From Candidatus Uhrbacteria bacterium RIFCSPHIGHO2_01_FULL_63_20 (lineage in GTDB: Bacteria > Patescibacteriota > Patescibacteriia > UBA9934 > GWF2-40-263), in NCBI GenBank assembly GCA_001791045.1, contig MGDT01000004.1, forward strand, positions 136,767 through 200,766: a stretch of DNA of 64,000 nt, written 5' to 3'. The position numbers were made by a program, and so were the translations under genes. This document shows, piece after piece, positions 54,250 through 61,647 of the stretch; position 1 is the stretch's first letter; each line of letters opens with the position of its first letter. The notes beneath the pieces are model-generated. The model saw only the letters and a list, made by a program, of their open reading frames with translations, was not told where the DNA came from and searched no databases.

Positions 54250-55566
54250 GTGCGTGCGGCCCTCGGGATCCTGTACGGGCTCATCCGAGCGAAGCGCATC
54301 CTCGCCCCAGTGGGGCGAGTCCTCATCACGCCCCTGCGCTCCGCAGGGCGTTTTGCGTTGAAGGTGATCGGCGTGCCCGCGTACCGCGCGGTGTTCTTCG
54401 TGAAGCGGCAGATCGGGCGCGTGCTCCTCCCGGCGAAGAACCGCGCCACGTATCTGGTGTCGAACCGCTATGCCATCCACGTGGCGGTGGCGGCCGTCGC
54501 GGCCGTGGCCGGCACGGCGAACGTGAGCGGCGGCGAAGTGCGTGCCGAGACGTTCGGCACCGAAAGCATGCTCTACGCGCTCGTCGTTCAGGACGACTCG
54601 GCGTCCGTCGAGGTGGTCTCCGCGGCCGCGAATCCCTCCTTGAACAACATTTCCTATTTCGAGGAGGACGGGACCATCGATCCGCGCGCTCACCTCGACT
54701 TCCACTCCCTCGACCAGGATTACGTGACCACCACCGTGGGCGGGAGCGCGGTTTCCTCCCCCACCATCCACGAGGGGGGCGATTCCGTGGCTCCGCGCAC
54801 GAACGTCGAGTCCTACCAGGTGGCCGACGGGGACACCTTGTACGGCATCTCCGACCGGTTCGGGCTGTCGCTTTCCTCCATGTTGTGGGCCAACAACATG
54901 ACGGTGCGAAGCGTCATCCGTCCGGGACAGACGCTCAAGATCCCGCCGGTGGACGGGGTGCTCTACGTGATCAAGAAAGGGGACACCCTGTCGAAGATCG
55001 CCAAGACCTACGGCGCCGATCAGGAACGCATCATCTCGTTCAACCGCCTCTCGGATAGCGACGATCTCACGGTGGGAGAACAGATCGTCCTTCCGGACGG
55101 CGAACCGCCCACGCCGGTCGCGGTCAGCCGCCCGGCGCCCGTGAGCCAGCTGTTCAGCGACAAACCCGGGAGCACGACCTCCTCTTCGCGCGGGTCGGCG
55201 ACCGGCAAGGGGAATTGGAAATGGCCCACCGACTGGCGCGTGATCACCCAGTACTTCGGCTGGAAGCACACGGGCATCGACGTCGACGGCGACTACACCA
55301 CGCACAGCTATGCCGCATCCGACGGCGTGGTCATCTACTCGGGTTGGCGCAACGGGTACGGCTACACGGTGGAAGTGGAACACGGCAACGGCCTGGTCAC
55401 CCGCTACGGGCATCACTCGAAGCTGTACGTGAAGGCCGGGGACGCGGTGAAGATGGGCGACCTGCTCGCCCAGACCGGCACCACCGGCCGTTCGACCGGC
55501 ACGCACTTGCACTTCGAGGTGATCAAGAACGGCAAGTTCCAAAACCCGCTCGACTACGTGCGATAA
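54250..55566 (+). CDS. LysM-LysM-M23 peptidoglycan endopeptidase
   Basis: N-terminal TM segment. Two LysM repeats (YQVADGDTLYGISDRFG.., YVIKKGDTLSKIAKTYG..). M23 motifs HTGIDV and GRSTGTHLHFEV. Confidence 0.85.
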   Translation: MRAALGILYGLIRAKRILAPVGRVLITPLRSAGRFALKVIGVPAYRAVFFVKRQIGRVLLPAKNRATYLVSNRYAIHVAVAAVAAVAGTANVSGGEVRAETFGTESMLYALVVQDDSASVEVVSAAANPSLNNISYFEEDGTIDPRAHLDFHSLDQDYVTTTVGGSAVSSPTIHEGGDSVAPRTNVESYQVADGDTLYGISDRFGLSLSSMLWANNMTVRSVIRPGQTLKIPPVDGVLYVIKKGDTLSKIAKTYGADQERIISFNRLSDSDDLTVGEQIVLPDGEPPTPVAVSRPAPVSQLFSDKPGSTTSSSRGSATGKGNWKWPTDWRVITQYFGWKHTGIDVDGDYTTHSYAASDGVVIYSGWRNGYGYTVEVEHGNGLVTRYGHHSKLYVKAGDAVKMGDLLAQTGTTGRSTGTHLHFEVIKNGKFQNPLDYVR

Positions 55567-55605
55567 AAAGACGTGGGGCAAGAAACCCACGTCTTTCGCG
55601 TTTTT
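55567..55605 (+). terminator. intrinsic terminator
   Basis: AGACGTGGG-gcaagaa-ACCCACGTCT followed by TTCGCGTTTTTT. Confidence 0.7.
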
Positions 55606-55633
55606 TCTCTTAGAGGTAGGGTCGATATGGTAT

Positions 55634-56136
55634 GAGATCGGAAACAAAGAGGCAGAGGAGCTGCTCCGGTCCCGTATTTCCATGCACGGAGAGGTTCGGA
55701 CGCTCCGGCATACGCGCATTCATTCCATGTCCGCGATCGTTTGAGGCAGCTGGGATTTTCCGAGGAGACGTGTCTTGCCGGGTTGCTGTACGATATCATC
55801 GAGGACGGGAACACGACGTTCGACGAGCTGCGCGATTCGGGGTTTTCCCCACGAGTCATCGAGCTCGTGGGTTTGTGCACGGAGGACGAGACCGTCGACG
55901 AGAAGGAGGCGCGCTGGCTAAGGATGGTCGCGCGTCTTTCGGACGCAAATGATCCCGATGCGTGGGTAATCAAACTGGTCGACATCACGGATAACCTAAA
56001 AGACGCGGCGACCATGACTCCTGAACGCGCAAAATACAATTTCGAAACCAAACGCCCGCTCCTGCTTGCCCTTACGCGTCCTCTCCTGGGTGATTCTGAA
56101 ATTTGGAAAGAACTCGAATCGATGCGTCTTCAGTAA
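55634..56136 (+). pseudogene. degenerate HD-domain ((p)ppGpp-hydrolase-like) gene, frame-disrupted
   Basis: The 131-aa ORF (TTG at 55741) carries LAGLLYDIIEDG, where LLHD..ED is expected. The upstream continuation (..MHGEVRTLRHTRIHSMSAIV*) is in the +1 frame, and no start codon opens the full-length frame. Confidence 0.4.
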
Positions 56137-56146
56137 ACCCGGCCAG

Positions 56147-56458
56147 TCAGGCCAGTTTTTCTAATCGATTGAGTCGTTCCTCGTGCCTCTGTTGGCCGCC
56201 ACGCAACGCGTCGAGCTCGATGTCGAATGCGTCGACGCGCTTTCCGAATCCGTCGATCGAGATGAGGATTCGGTCTTCCATCTCGCGGAGATCCTTCTTG
56301 GTCGCGGATGTCTCAAGGCGTTCGTTCATGCCCGCGACCGTGATTGCCAGCAAATCAAACCGCCCATCGAGCGAGTCGAGTCGCCCGTCCATCGAGTCGA
56401 ACCGACGGTCCATGTCGGTGATTTTCCGGAGAATGAGGTCAAGGGTGGCTTGAGACAT
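56147..56458 (-). CDS. coiled-coil mini-protein (paralog of 50982-51305 and 6909-7268)
   Basis: MSQATLDLILRKITDMDRRFDSMDGRLDSLDGRFDLLAITVAGMNERLETSATKKDL...GFGKRVD. Confidence 0.55.
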   Translation of the reverse strand: MSQATLDLILRKITDMDRRFDSMDGRLDSLDGRFDLLAITVAGMNERLETSATKKDLREMEDRILISIDGFGKRVDAFDIELDALRGGQQRHEERLNRLEKLA

Positions 56459-56578
56459 ATCCTTTCGGTTAATTATATACCAGGGCGCGTATGGCGGAAA
56501 CGTATTCGAACTGTAAGACCAAGGTCGACGAGTGGAACGAGCCGCGCAACGGCTGCTGGTTCACGCCGGTCCACCACG

Positions 56579-56607
56579 GAAGGCGTCGCCTTCGAAGGCC
56601 TCGCCTT
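56579..56607. repeat. REP-like tandem hairpins (GAAGGC-gtc-GCCTTC, GAAGGC-ctc-GCCTT)
   Basis: Located at the 3' end of the RAYT gene. It shares the motif GAAGGCCTCGCC with 57229-57252. Confidence 0.55.
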
Positions 56608-57208
56608 AGTCCTGAAACGGGAATGATGCGATTCTATTTGATTTCATTACCTTGATTTGACGCTGAGCGAATACGTCATAATCCATCCCTCCTTCAAACT
56701 GACGAAGAACGAGGTCGTCATTGAAGATCGAGGCTCTTGACGGCGATAGGTATTCCGGATAACTGCTCCATGGATAGAGCCGCGCATCCTTTGTTATCCC
56801 GTGAAGCTCGGCGTTCCCATTTACATAGTTCGTCACCCAAGTGAGATACGGATCTGAATCAACGTGAGACGATCGGAACGGACCTTGAAATAAGGTTCCA
56901 GAACGACGATGTCTTTTGTTGAAGTACATGGTGTACGAGGTGCAGAGCTGTTGAAAAAAACGAGAGATATCTACCTTTGCCGTCTGTTGGACGACGAAGT
57001 GGAAATGGTTTGGATTCAGGCAGAACGCAACGATGCGCAGGTTCCGAGACGACCCAGTCATGCGCCATGTCGATCCGTATTTTCGGATTCGGCGTAATGC
57101 ACCAAGAAATTTTTGATAATCCGTTTCGTCTAGGAAGACATTTCTACGATCGTTTCCGCGATTGTAGACGTGATAGTATTCACCGATAGAAAACGGCTGG
57201 CGTTCCAT
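56606..57208 (-). CDS. REP-associated tyrosine transposase (RAYT, IS200/Y1-like)
   Basis: YHVYNRGNDRRNVF, the HUH motif NPNHFHFVV, and YTMYFNKRHRRSGTLFQGPFRS (catalytic Tyr region). The gene has lower GC than its surroundings. Confidence 0.8.
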   Translation of the reverse strand: MERQPFSIGEYYHVYNRGNDRRNVFLDETDYQKFLGALRRIRKYGSTWRMTGSSRNLRIVAFCLNPNHFHFVVQQTAKVDISRFFQQLCTSYTMYFNKRHRRSGTLFQGPFRSSHVDSDPYLTWVTNYVNGNAELHGITKDARLYPWSSYPEYLSPSRASIFNDDLVLRQFEGGMDYDVFAQRQIKVMKSNRIASFPFQD

Positions 57209-57228
57209 AGCATTGTTGTAGGCGCGTG

Positions 57229-57252
57229 GGCGAGGCCTTCAAAGGCCTCGCC
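57229..57252. repeat. REP-like palindrome GGCGAGGCC-ttcaaa-GGCCTCGCC
   Basis: Perfect 9-bp stem located 21 nt upstream of the RAYT start. Confidence 0.6.
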
Positions 57253-57277
57253 TTCTTGTGTACATAACGCATTGTGA

Positions 57278-58798
57278 CTACGTCGGGAGTCGGTATTGCA
57301 GCGCTTCGGCCACGTGGGCCGTGAGGATCTGGTCGGTTCCGGCCAAATCCGCGATGGTTCGGGCCACTTTTCGCACCCGGGCGAGGCCACGGGCGGATAA
57401 ACGGCCTGCGGAAACGGCCGTTTCAAGGATGTTTCGGCCTTTTTCATCCACGTTGCACCAGGAATCCACGCGCGAAGGGGGGATTTCGGCGTTCGTGAGC
57501 ACGCGAGTGCCCTCGAAGCGGATACGCTGCCGCGCCCGCGCCTGGGCGACACGATCCCGCACCACGTCGGAGCGTTCCGGTTTCGCTTCCTCGAACAGTT
57601 TGGACGGTTCCAGGTTCGGCACGTCAATCACCAGGTCGATCCGGTCCATGAGGGGCCCCGACATTTTCTTTTGATAGCCGTCACGCAGTCGCGCGCTGCA
57701 GGTGCACCCGCGTTTGGGATCGTCGGCGTATCCGCATGGGCACGGGTTCATCGCGGCCGCGAGCATGAAGCGCGACGGGAAACGGATGGCGCCGCTCGCG
57801 CGGGCGACCGTCACATGCCCATCCTCGAGCGGCTGGCGCAAATGCTCGAGCGCGTGGCGCGGGAATTCGGGGAGCTCGTCCAAGAACAACACGCCGCGAT
57901 GCGCGAGGGTGACTTCCCCCGGTCGAGGGCTCGTGCCTCCGCCCACGAGCGCCACGGCGGAGGCGCTGTGATGCGGGGAACGGAACGGCCGTTGCCGGAG
58001 GAGCGATCGCGACGCGAGCGTGCCTGCCACCGACGCGATCGTGGACACTTCGATCGACTCCTCGCGCGAGAGCGGAGGAAGGATGGTGGGAAGCGATCTC
58101 GCGAGCATCGTTTTCCCGGTGCCAGGCGGTCCCTTGAGCAAAACATTGTGCCAGCCCGCAGCCGCGATTTCCATGCCTCTTTTCGCGTATTCTTGTCCAT
58201 GGATGTCGCACAAATCGATCTCGCTCGCGAACGATGGTTGTGCAGGCTCGGCGGGGACCGCGCGCTCGAGAGGGCGCGTGCCGCGCAGATGTTCGACGAG
58301 GTCCGTGAGCGAGCGGACGCCGAAAGCCTCGATGCCGTCCACGAGCGCCGCCTCGGGCGCATTGGGTTCCGGCACGAACACGCGAGCGAAACTTTTTTCC
58401 GCGGCCATCCGCGCGGCGGCGAGCACGCCGTTCACCGCCCGCACCGATCCGTCGAGCGCCAACTCTCCCACGATGACCGCGCCGTCGATCGCCGCGGCCG
58501 GGATGTCCCCGCTCGCGACCAGGATCGCGCAGGCGACCGGCAGATCGAACACCGGCCCCTGTTTCTTCACGTCCGCCGGCGCGAGGTTCACGGTGATGCG
58601 CGTGCGCGGGAACGGAAGCCCCGCGTGTTTCATCGCCGCGCGGATGCGTTCGCGCGATTCCTTCACGGTCGCGTCGGGGAGCCCGACGATGTTGAACGCC
58701 CCGAGGCCGAAGGAGATGTCCGTCTCGACCGTGACGGGGAGCGCGTCGATGCCGACGATGGTGGCTGACGTGACATGGAACATATATGACTTCGTCAT
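57278..58798 (-). CDS. comM: YifB/ComM-family Mg-chelatase-like AAA+ ATPase
   Basis: Lon-like N-domain (VETDISFGLGAFNIVGLPDATVKESRERI), Walker A GPPGTGKTM, Walker B VLFLDELPEF, and a Cys cluster NPCPCGY...CTC. Confidence 0.9.
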   Translation of the reverse strand: MTKSYMFHVTSATIVGIDALPVTVETDISFGLGAFNIVGLPDATVKESRERIRAAMKHAGLPFPRTRITVNLAPADVKKQGPVFDLPVACAILVASGDIPAAAIDGAVIVGELALDGSVRAVNGVLAAARMAAEKSFARVFVPEPNAPEAALVDGIEAFGVRSLTDLVEHLRGTRPLERAVPAEPAQPSFASEIDLCDIHGQEYAKRGMEIAAAGWHNVLLKGPPGTGKTMLARSLPTILPPLSREESIEVSTIASVAGTLASRSLLRQRPFRSPHHSASAVALVGGGTSPRPGEVTLAHRGVLFLDELPEFPRHALEHLRQPLEDGHVTVARASGAIRFPSRFMLAAAMNPCPCGYADDPKRGCTCSARLRDGYQKKMSGPLMDRIDLVIDVPNLEPSKLFEEAKPERSDVVRDRVAQARARQRIRFEGTRVLTNAEIPPSRVDSWCNVDEKGRNILETAVSAGRLSARGLARVRKVARTIADLAGTDQILTAHVAEALQYRLPT

Positions 58799-58905
58799 AT
58801 TGCGTTCGTTCGCTCGGGAATGTTCAGAACTGAACATTCCGTTCGCTCACTCACGCATGGAAAAAGAAAAGACCCCGCATTGGGCGGGGTCGTTCATCTC
58901 GTTGG

Positions 58906-59418
58906 TTATAGAATACCCGACTCTGGACGCTTTGTCAACGGGGGTGTGGATAGTTTTTCGAGCTTCCCGGAGAACAATAGGCCGACGACCCCGGCGATGA
59001 TGATGCCGTCGCACAGATTGACCGCGAGACGTCCCGAAATCATCAGGTAATCCACCGTAAACCCGTACGCTACGCGGTCATAGAGGTTTCCAAGCGCTCC
59101 GAGCACTACCATGAGCGCGAACACCGACGCATTCGGACGGCTGTAGCGTGAGGTCCAGGCCAAACGGATCAAAAAGGCTCCGATGAACAAAGAAATCGCG
59201 ATGATGAGGGGCATCTTGAACGGGAGATCGAAGGCAATCCCCGGGTTTTTATGGATGATAAGCGCCAAAAGGCCGGCAGGGACGGTCCCCTCGGCCGGGA
59301 GATGGACGAGCGCCCATGATTTGAACCACTCATCCGCGAGGACAACAGCGCTGACCCCCAGCAAAATAAGCGTTCGGTACGTGTTTATCACACCTCCTGC
59401 GTGAGGGTTTTCTTGCAC
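58906..59418 (-). CDS. lspA: lipoprotein signal peptidase II
   Basis: HKNPGIAFDLPF and GALGNLYDRVAYGFTVDYL motifs, with 4 TM helices. The start is uncertain because the listed one overlaps the dksA-like gene by 31 nt. Confidence 0.8.
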   Translation of the reverse strand: MQENPHAGGVINTYRTLILLGVSAVVLADEWFKSWALVHLPAEGTVPAGLLALIIHKNPGIAFDLPFKMPLIIAISLFIGAFLIRLAWTSRYSRPNASVFALMVVLGALGNLYDRVAYGFTVDYLMISGRLAVNLCDGIIIAGVVGLLFSGKLEKLSTPPLTKRPESGIL

Positions 59419-59762
59419 TGGATACAGCTCGTGGAGGTCGGACGGGCGATCAGCCGGCGTTCATCGATAGGCTGCCTGCAGTACTTGCAGATCCCATACG
59501 CCCCTTTTTCTATCAATTTCAGCGCCCCTTCGACATCACGCAGCGCCTTCACAAGCTCATCCTCCAGGGACAAATTGTCGCTGAATTGAGCCACTTCCGA
59601 GGCATTTTCATCTTCCTTATCCCCACTGTTCGGGAAATCGGCCTGGTATTCCGCCTGTGTCGCCTTCGGGTTTCGATGTGAAAAATGATTCAGTTCCCGC
59701 TCCAAGCGAGCCTTTTCCTCCACCAGCAGCGCCTTCATTTTGTCGATCAGTGCGGAGTCCAT
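59388..59762 (-). CDS. DksA/TraR-family C4 zinc-finger protein
   Basis: Coiled-coil N-terminal part, then GICKYCRQPIDERRLIARPTSTSCIQC (CxxC-N17-CxxC). Confidence 0.8.
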   Translation of the reverse strand: MDSALIDKMKALLVEEKARLERELNHFSHRNPKATQAEYQADFPNSGDKEDENASEVAQFSDNLSLEDELVKALRDVEGALKLIEKGAYGICKYCRQPIDERRLIARPTSTSCIQCKKTLTQEV

Positions 59763-59829
59763 AGGCGTTTTTAGCGATTTTCAGTAAAATAACACCCTTT
59801 TTGGGTGTTGTAAACCGGTTTTTGGAAAA

Positions 59830-60328
59830 AGAAAGAGGGCGTAAGCCCTATGATAAATATATGGCCCGCCCTCAAGAGTGGACGTGTATGGGTGGGGTGA
59901 GCCCGTTTGGGCTCCGGGTTCCGGTCGCGAAGGATCGCGGTCGGGACTCGAAGCCCAGGCGGACATCTACAGGCCACGCCATAAGATGGTCCAACGCACT
60001 CCTCTACCATTCAATGGTTTTGCTCGCATGATGAGTTCCGAGAAGGAATTCATCTGTGGGGGCGCGAGCGAACCGAGACGTTTGCCTCTTCTGCTTGATT
60101 GCTCAAGTCAGAACAGTAGAGAAGCGGGATGGCCTGCGAAAGTTCGCGGTTCCCGTGGGGCAGGAATCGCGTGTTGGACCTTCGCAGGGTCTCCCAATGG
60201 TTGGGAGGTTGAAAAGAACATCGTGGGTACTGAGATATATTAGCATGAACAAAAGATGTTGTCAAAGGATAAAGATAGCGCTCAATATAGCAATGAAATG
60301 AAAAAATGGCCTTGAAGACCATTTTTTC
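59830..60328 (+). other. ORF-poor, hairpin-rich segment (candidate structured RNA, unidentified)
   Basis: Helices with G-U pairs that are valid only on the + strand: 59921-59944, and 60145-60153 with 60163-60171. A nested long-range pair joins 60133-60140 with 60181-60188. GTAA-capped hairpin at 59836-59849. Terminator-like hairpin plus T6 at 60301-60327. Confidence 0.25.
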
Positions 60329-60368
60329 TTATCCACAATTTCAGGTGGATAACAACAAGTTATCCACA
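60329..60368. promoter_or_regulatory. cluster of three DnaA boxes
   Basis: TTATCCACA at 60329-60337, GGTGGATAA (rc TTATCCACC) at 60344-60352, TTATCCACA at 60360-60368. An AT-rich stretch flanks it at 60230-60300. Confidence 0.5.
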
Positions 60369-60369
60369 T

Positions 60370-61644
60370 TTAGTAACACAGGGTCACGCTCGTATGCATC
60401 CAACCGTTGTTCATGCCTACGGACCGGAACTGCCGGGATACATCCGTAAGGAGCGTGGGTCGGTATCCGTCCTGCACGGCATCCGCGGCGGCGAGGAGTT
60501 CGGGGAGTCGGGCAAAAAGGAAATTCCCGAGGCATGGATCCTTCCGGTTCCGTCCCGCCTTATCGATCCAGGATTGGATGAGCGACCGGTCGTTTCCAAT
60601 CAACAGGGTGTCCACAGAGGTTAGGGCATGCATGGATCGCCCATCGTCCATCGGCACGGTCAGAAGCTCGTGACCCGAAAGTACCGAGGATTGGACAGTC
60701 ATCCGACTCGGGTCGGCGACAATCTCCATGGCACGGCTCTTATCTGGCAGTTCCCAAGTCTGCGCCTTAGGGCTTTGAAGCGCCGCAGCCAGGCGAATGA
60801 CGTCTTTTGGCTCATCTTCGCCAAAATTTTCCTTGTTGATGGCAAAAAGGAACGCTCCGTCATGGCCAAGAATCACCGATCCGATGCCGGAAACCCAGTT
60901 CGTGATGGTTTGGGCGTCCGGGCCGTCGAACGGCACGGCAATGGCATTAAAAGGGATGGAAATCCACGAAATATCAGTGTTTGGCAATAGTGGCGTAGCC
61001 AAAGCGGCCAAAATCGCTTCGCCCCCCGTGGGATCCATGGTTGGGAGATTGGTATCAGGAAGGCGAAGTTCCAGGAAACGATCATTTCCGTAGATCGTGG
61101 CACGGGTTCCGTCGTTAAAAACCGCTACACCAAGCTTCTTTTTTCCACTCCATACGGCCGCAGGCATGCTCCATCCGCGCCCGCGTCCCATTCCATGGAC
61201 GGATTCAAGACGATCTGAAAGGTGAAACACCCCAGGTTTGACCCGTTGCATGGTCATCCCGAAGGAGTCCAGCAGTCCAGGCGGGATGAGGCGCTCTTGC
61301 GTACGGATGGCAACCGACCGATGGCTGTCAGGGCCGATGAATACGGCGAATTCACCTTGAATGAACGGTTCGATGTCTCGGATGGTCATGGGGCGGTTGG
61401 AAACGAGAGGGATGTCGCCAAGCGCACGTTCGATAAGCGGCCAGGATCTGCGACGCGGCTCGAACCGAAGCATGGCCGTGGTGCCGTCCGGTGCGGCCGC
61501 TGACACGCTGTCTCGAGCGAACCAGGCACCGGAAACGGCCCAAGCGAGCGCCAAAAGCGCCATGGACATGAGCAAACGCCACGAAACAACCCGCCGCTGG
61601 CGGGTTGTTTGTGATCTCCCGAGTGGGATCCCAAGGTTTTTCAC
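60370..61644 (-). CDS. membrane-anchored hypothetical protein (424 aa)
   Basis: N-terminal TM (WRLLMSMALLALAWAVSGAWF), then a large extracytoplasmic domain. No family recognised. Confidence 0.5.
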   Translation of the reverse strand: MKNLGIPLGRSQTTRQRRVVSWRLLMSMALLALAWAVSGAWFARDSVSAAAPDGTTAMLRFEPRRRSWPLIERALGDIPLVSNRPMTIRDIEPFIQGEFAVFIGPDSHRSVAIRTQERLIPPGLLDSFGMTMQRVKPGVFHLSDRLESVHGMGRGRGWSMPAAVWSGKKKLGVAVFNDGTRATIYGNDRFLELRLPDTNLPTMDPTGGEAILAALATPLLPNTDISWISIPFNAIAVPFDGPDAQTITNWVSGIGSVILGHDGAFLFAINKENFGEDEPKDVIRLAAALQSPKAQTWELPDKSRAMEIVADPSRMTVQSSVLSGHELLTVPMDDGRSMHALTSVDTLLIGNDRSLIQSWIDKAGRNRKDPCLGNFLFARLPELLAAADAVQDGYRPTLLTDVSRQFRSVGMNNGWMHTSVTLCY

Positions 61645-61647
61645 ATC

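Noticed and set aside
59771-60243. ORFs 59771-60010(-), 59781-59966(-), 59801-60031(+), 59878-60243(+)
   Set aside because: They overlap each other in all frames, have no RBS, and have implausible composition. The region is better explained as non-coding or structured RNA.
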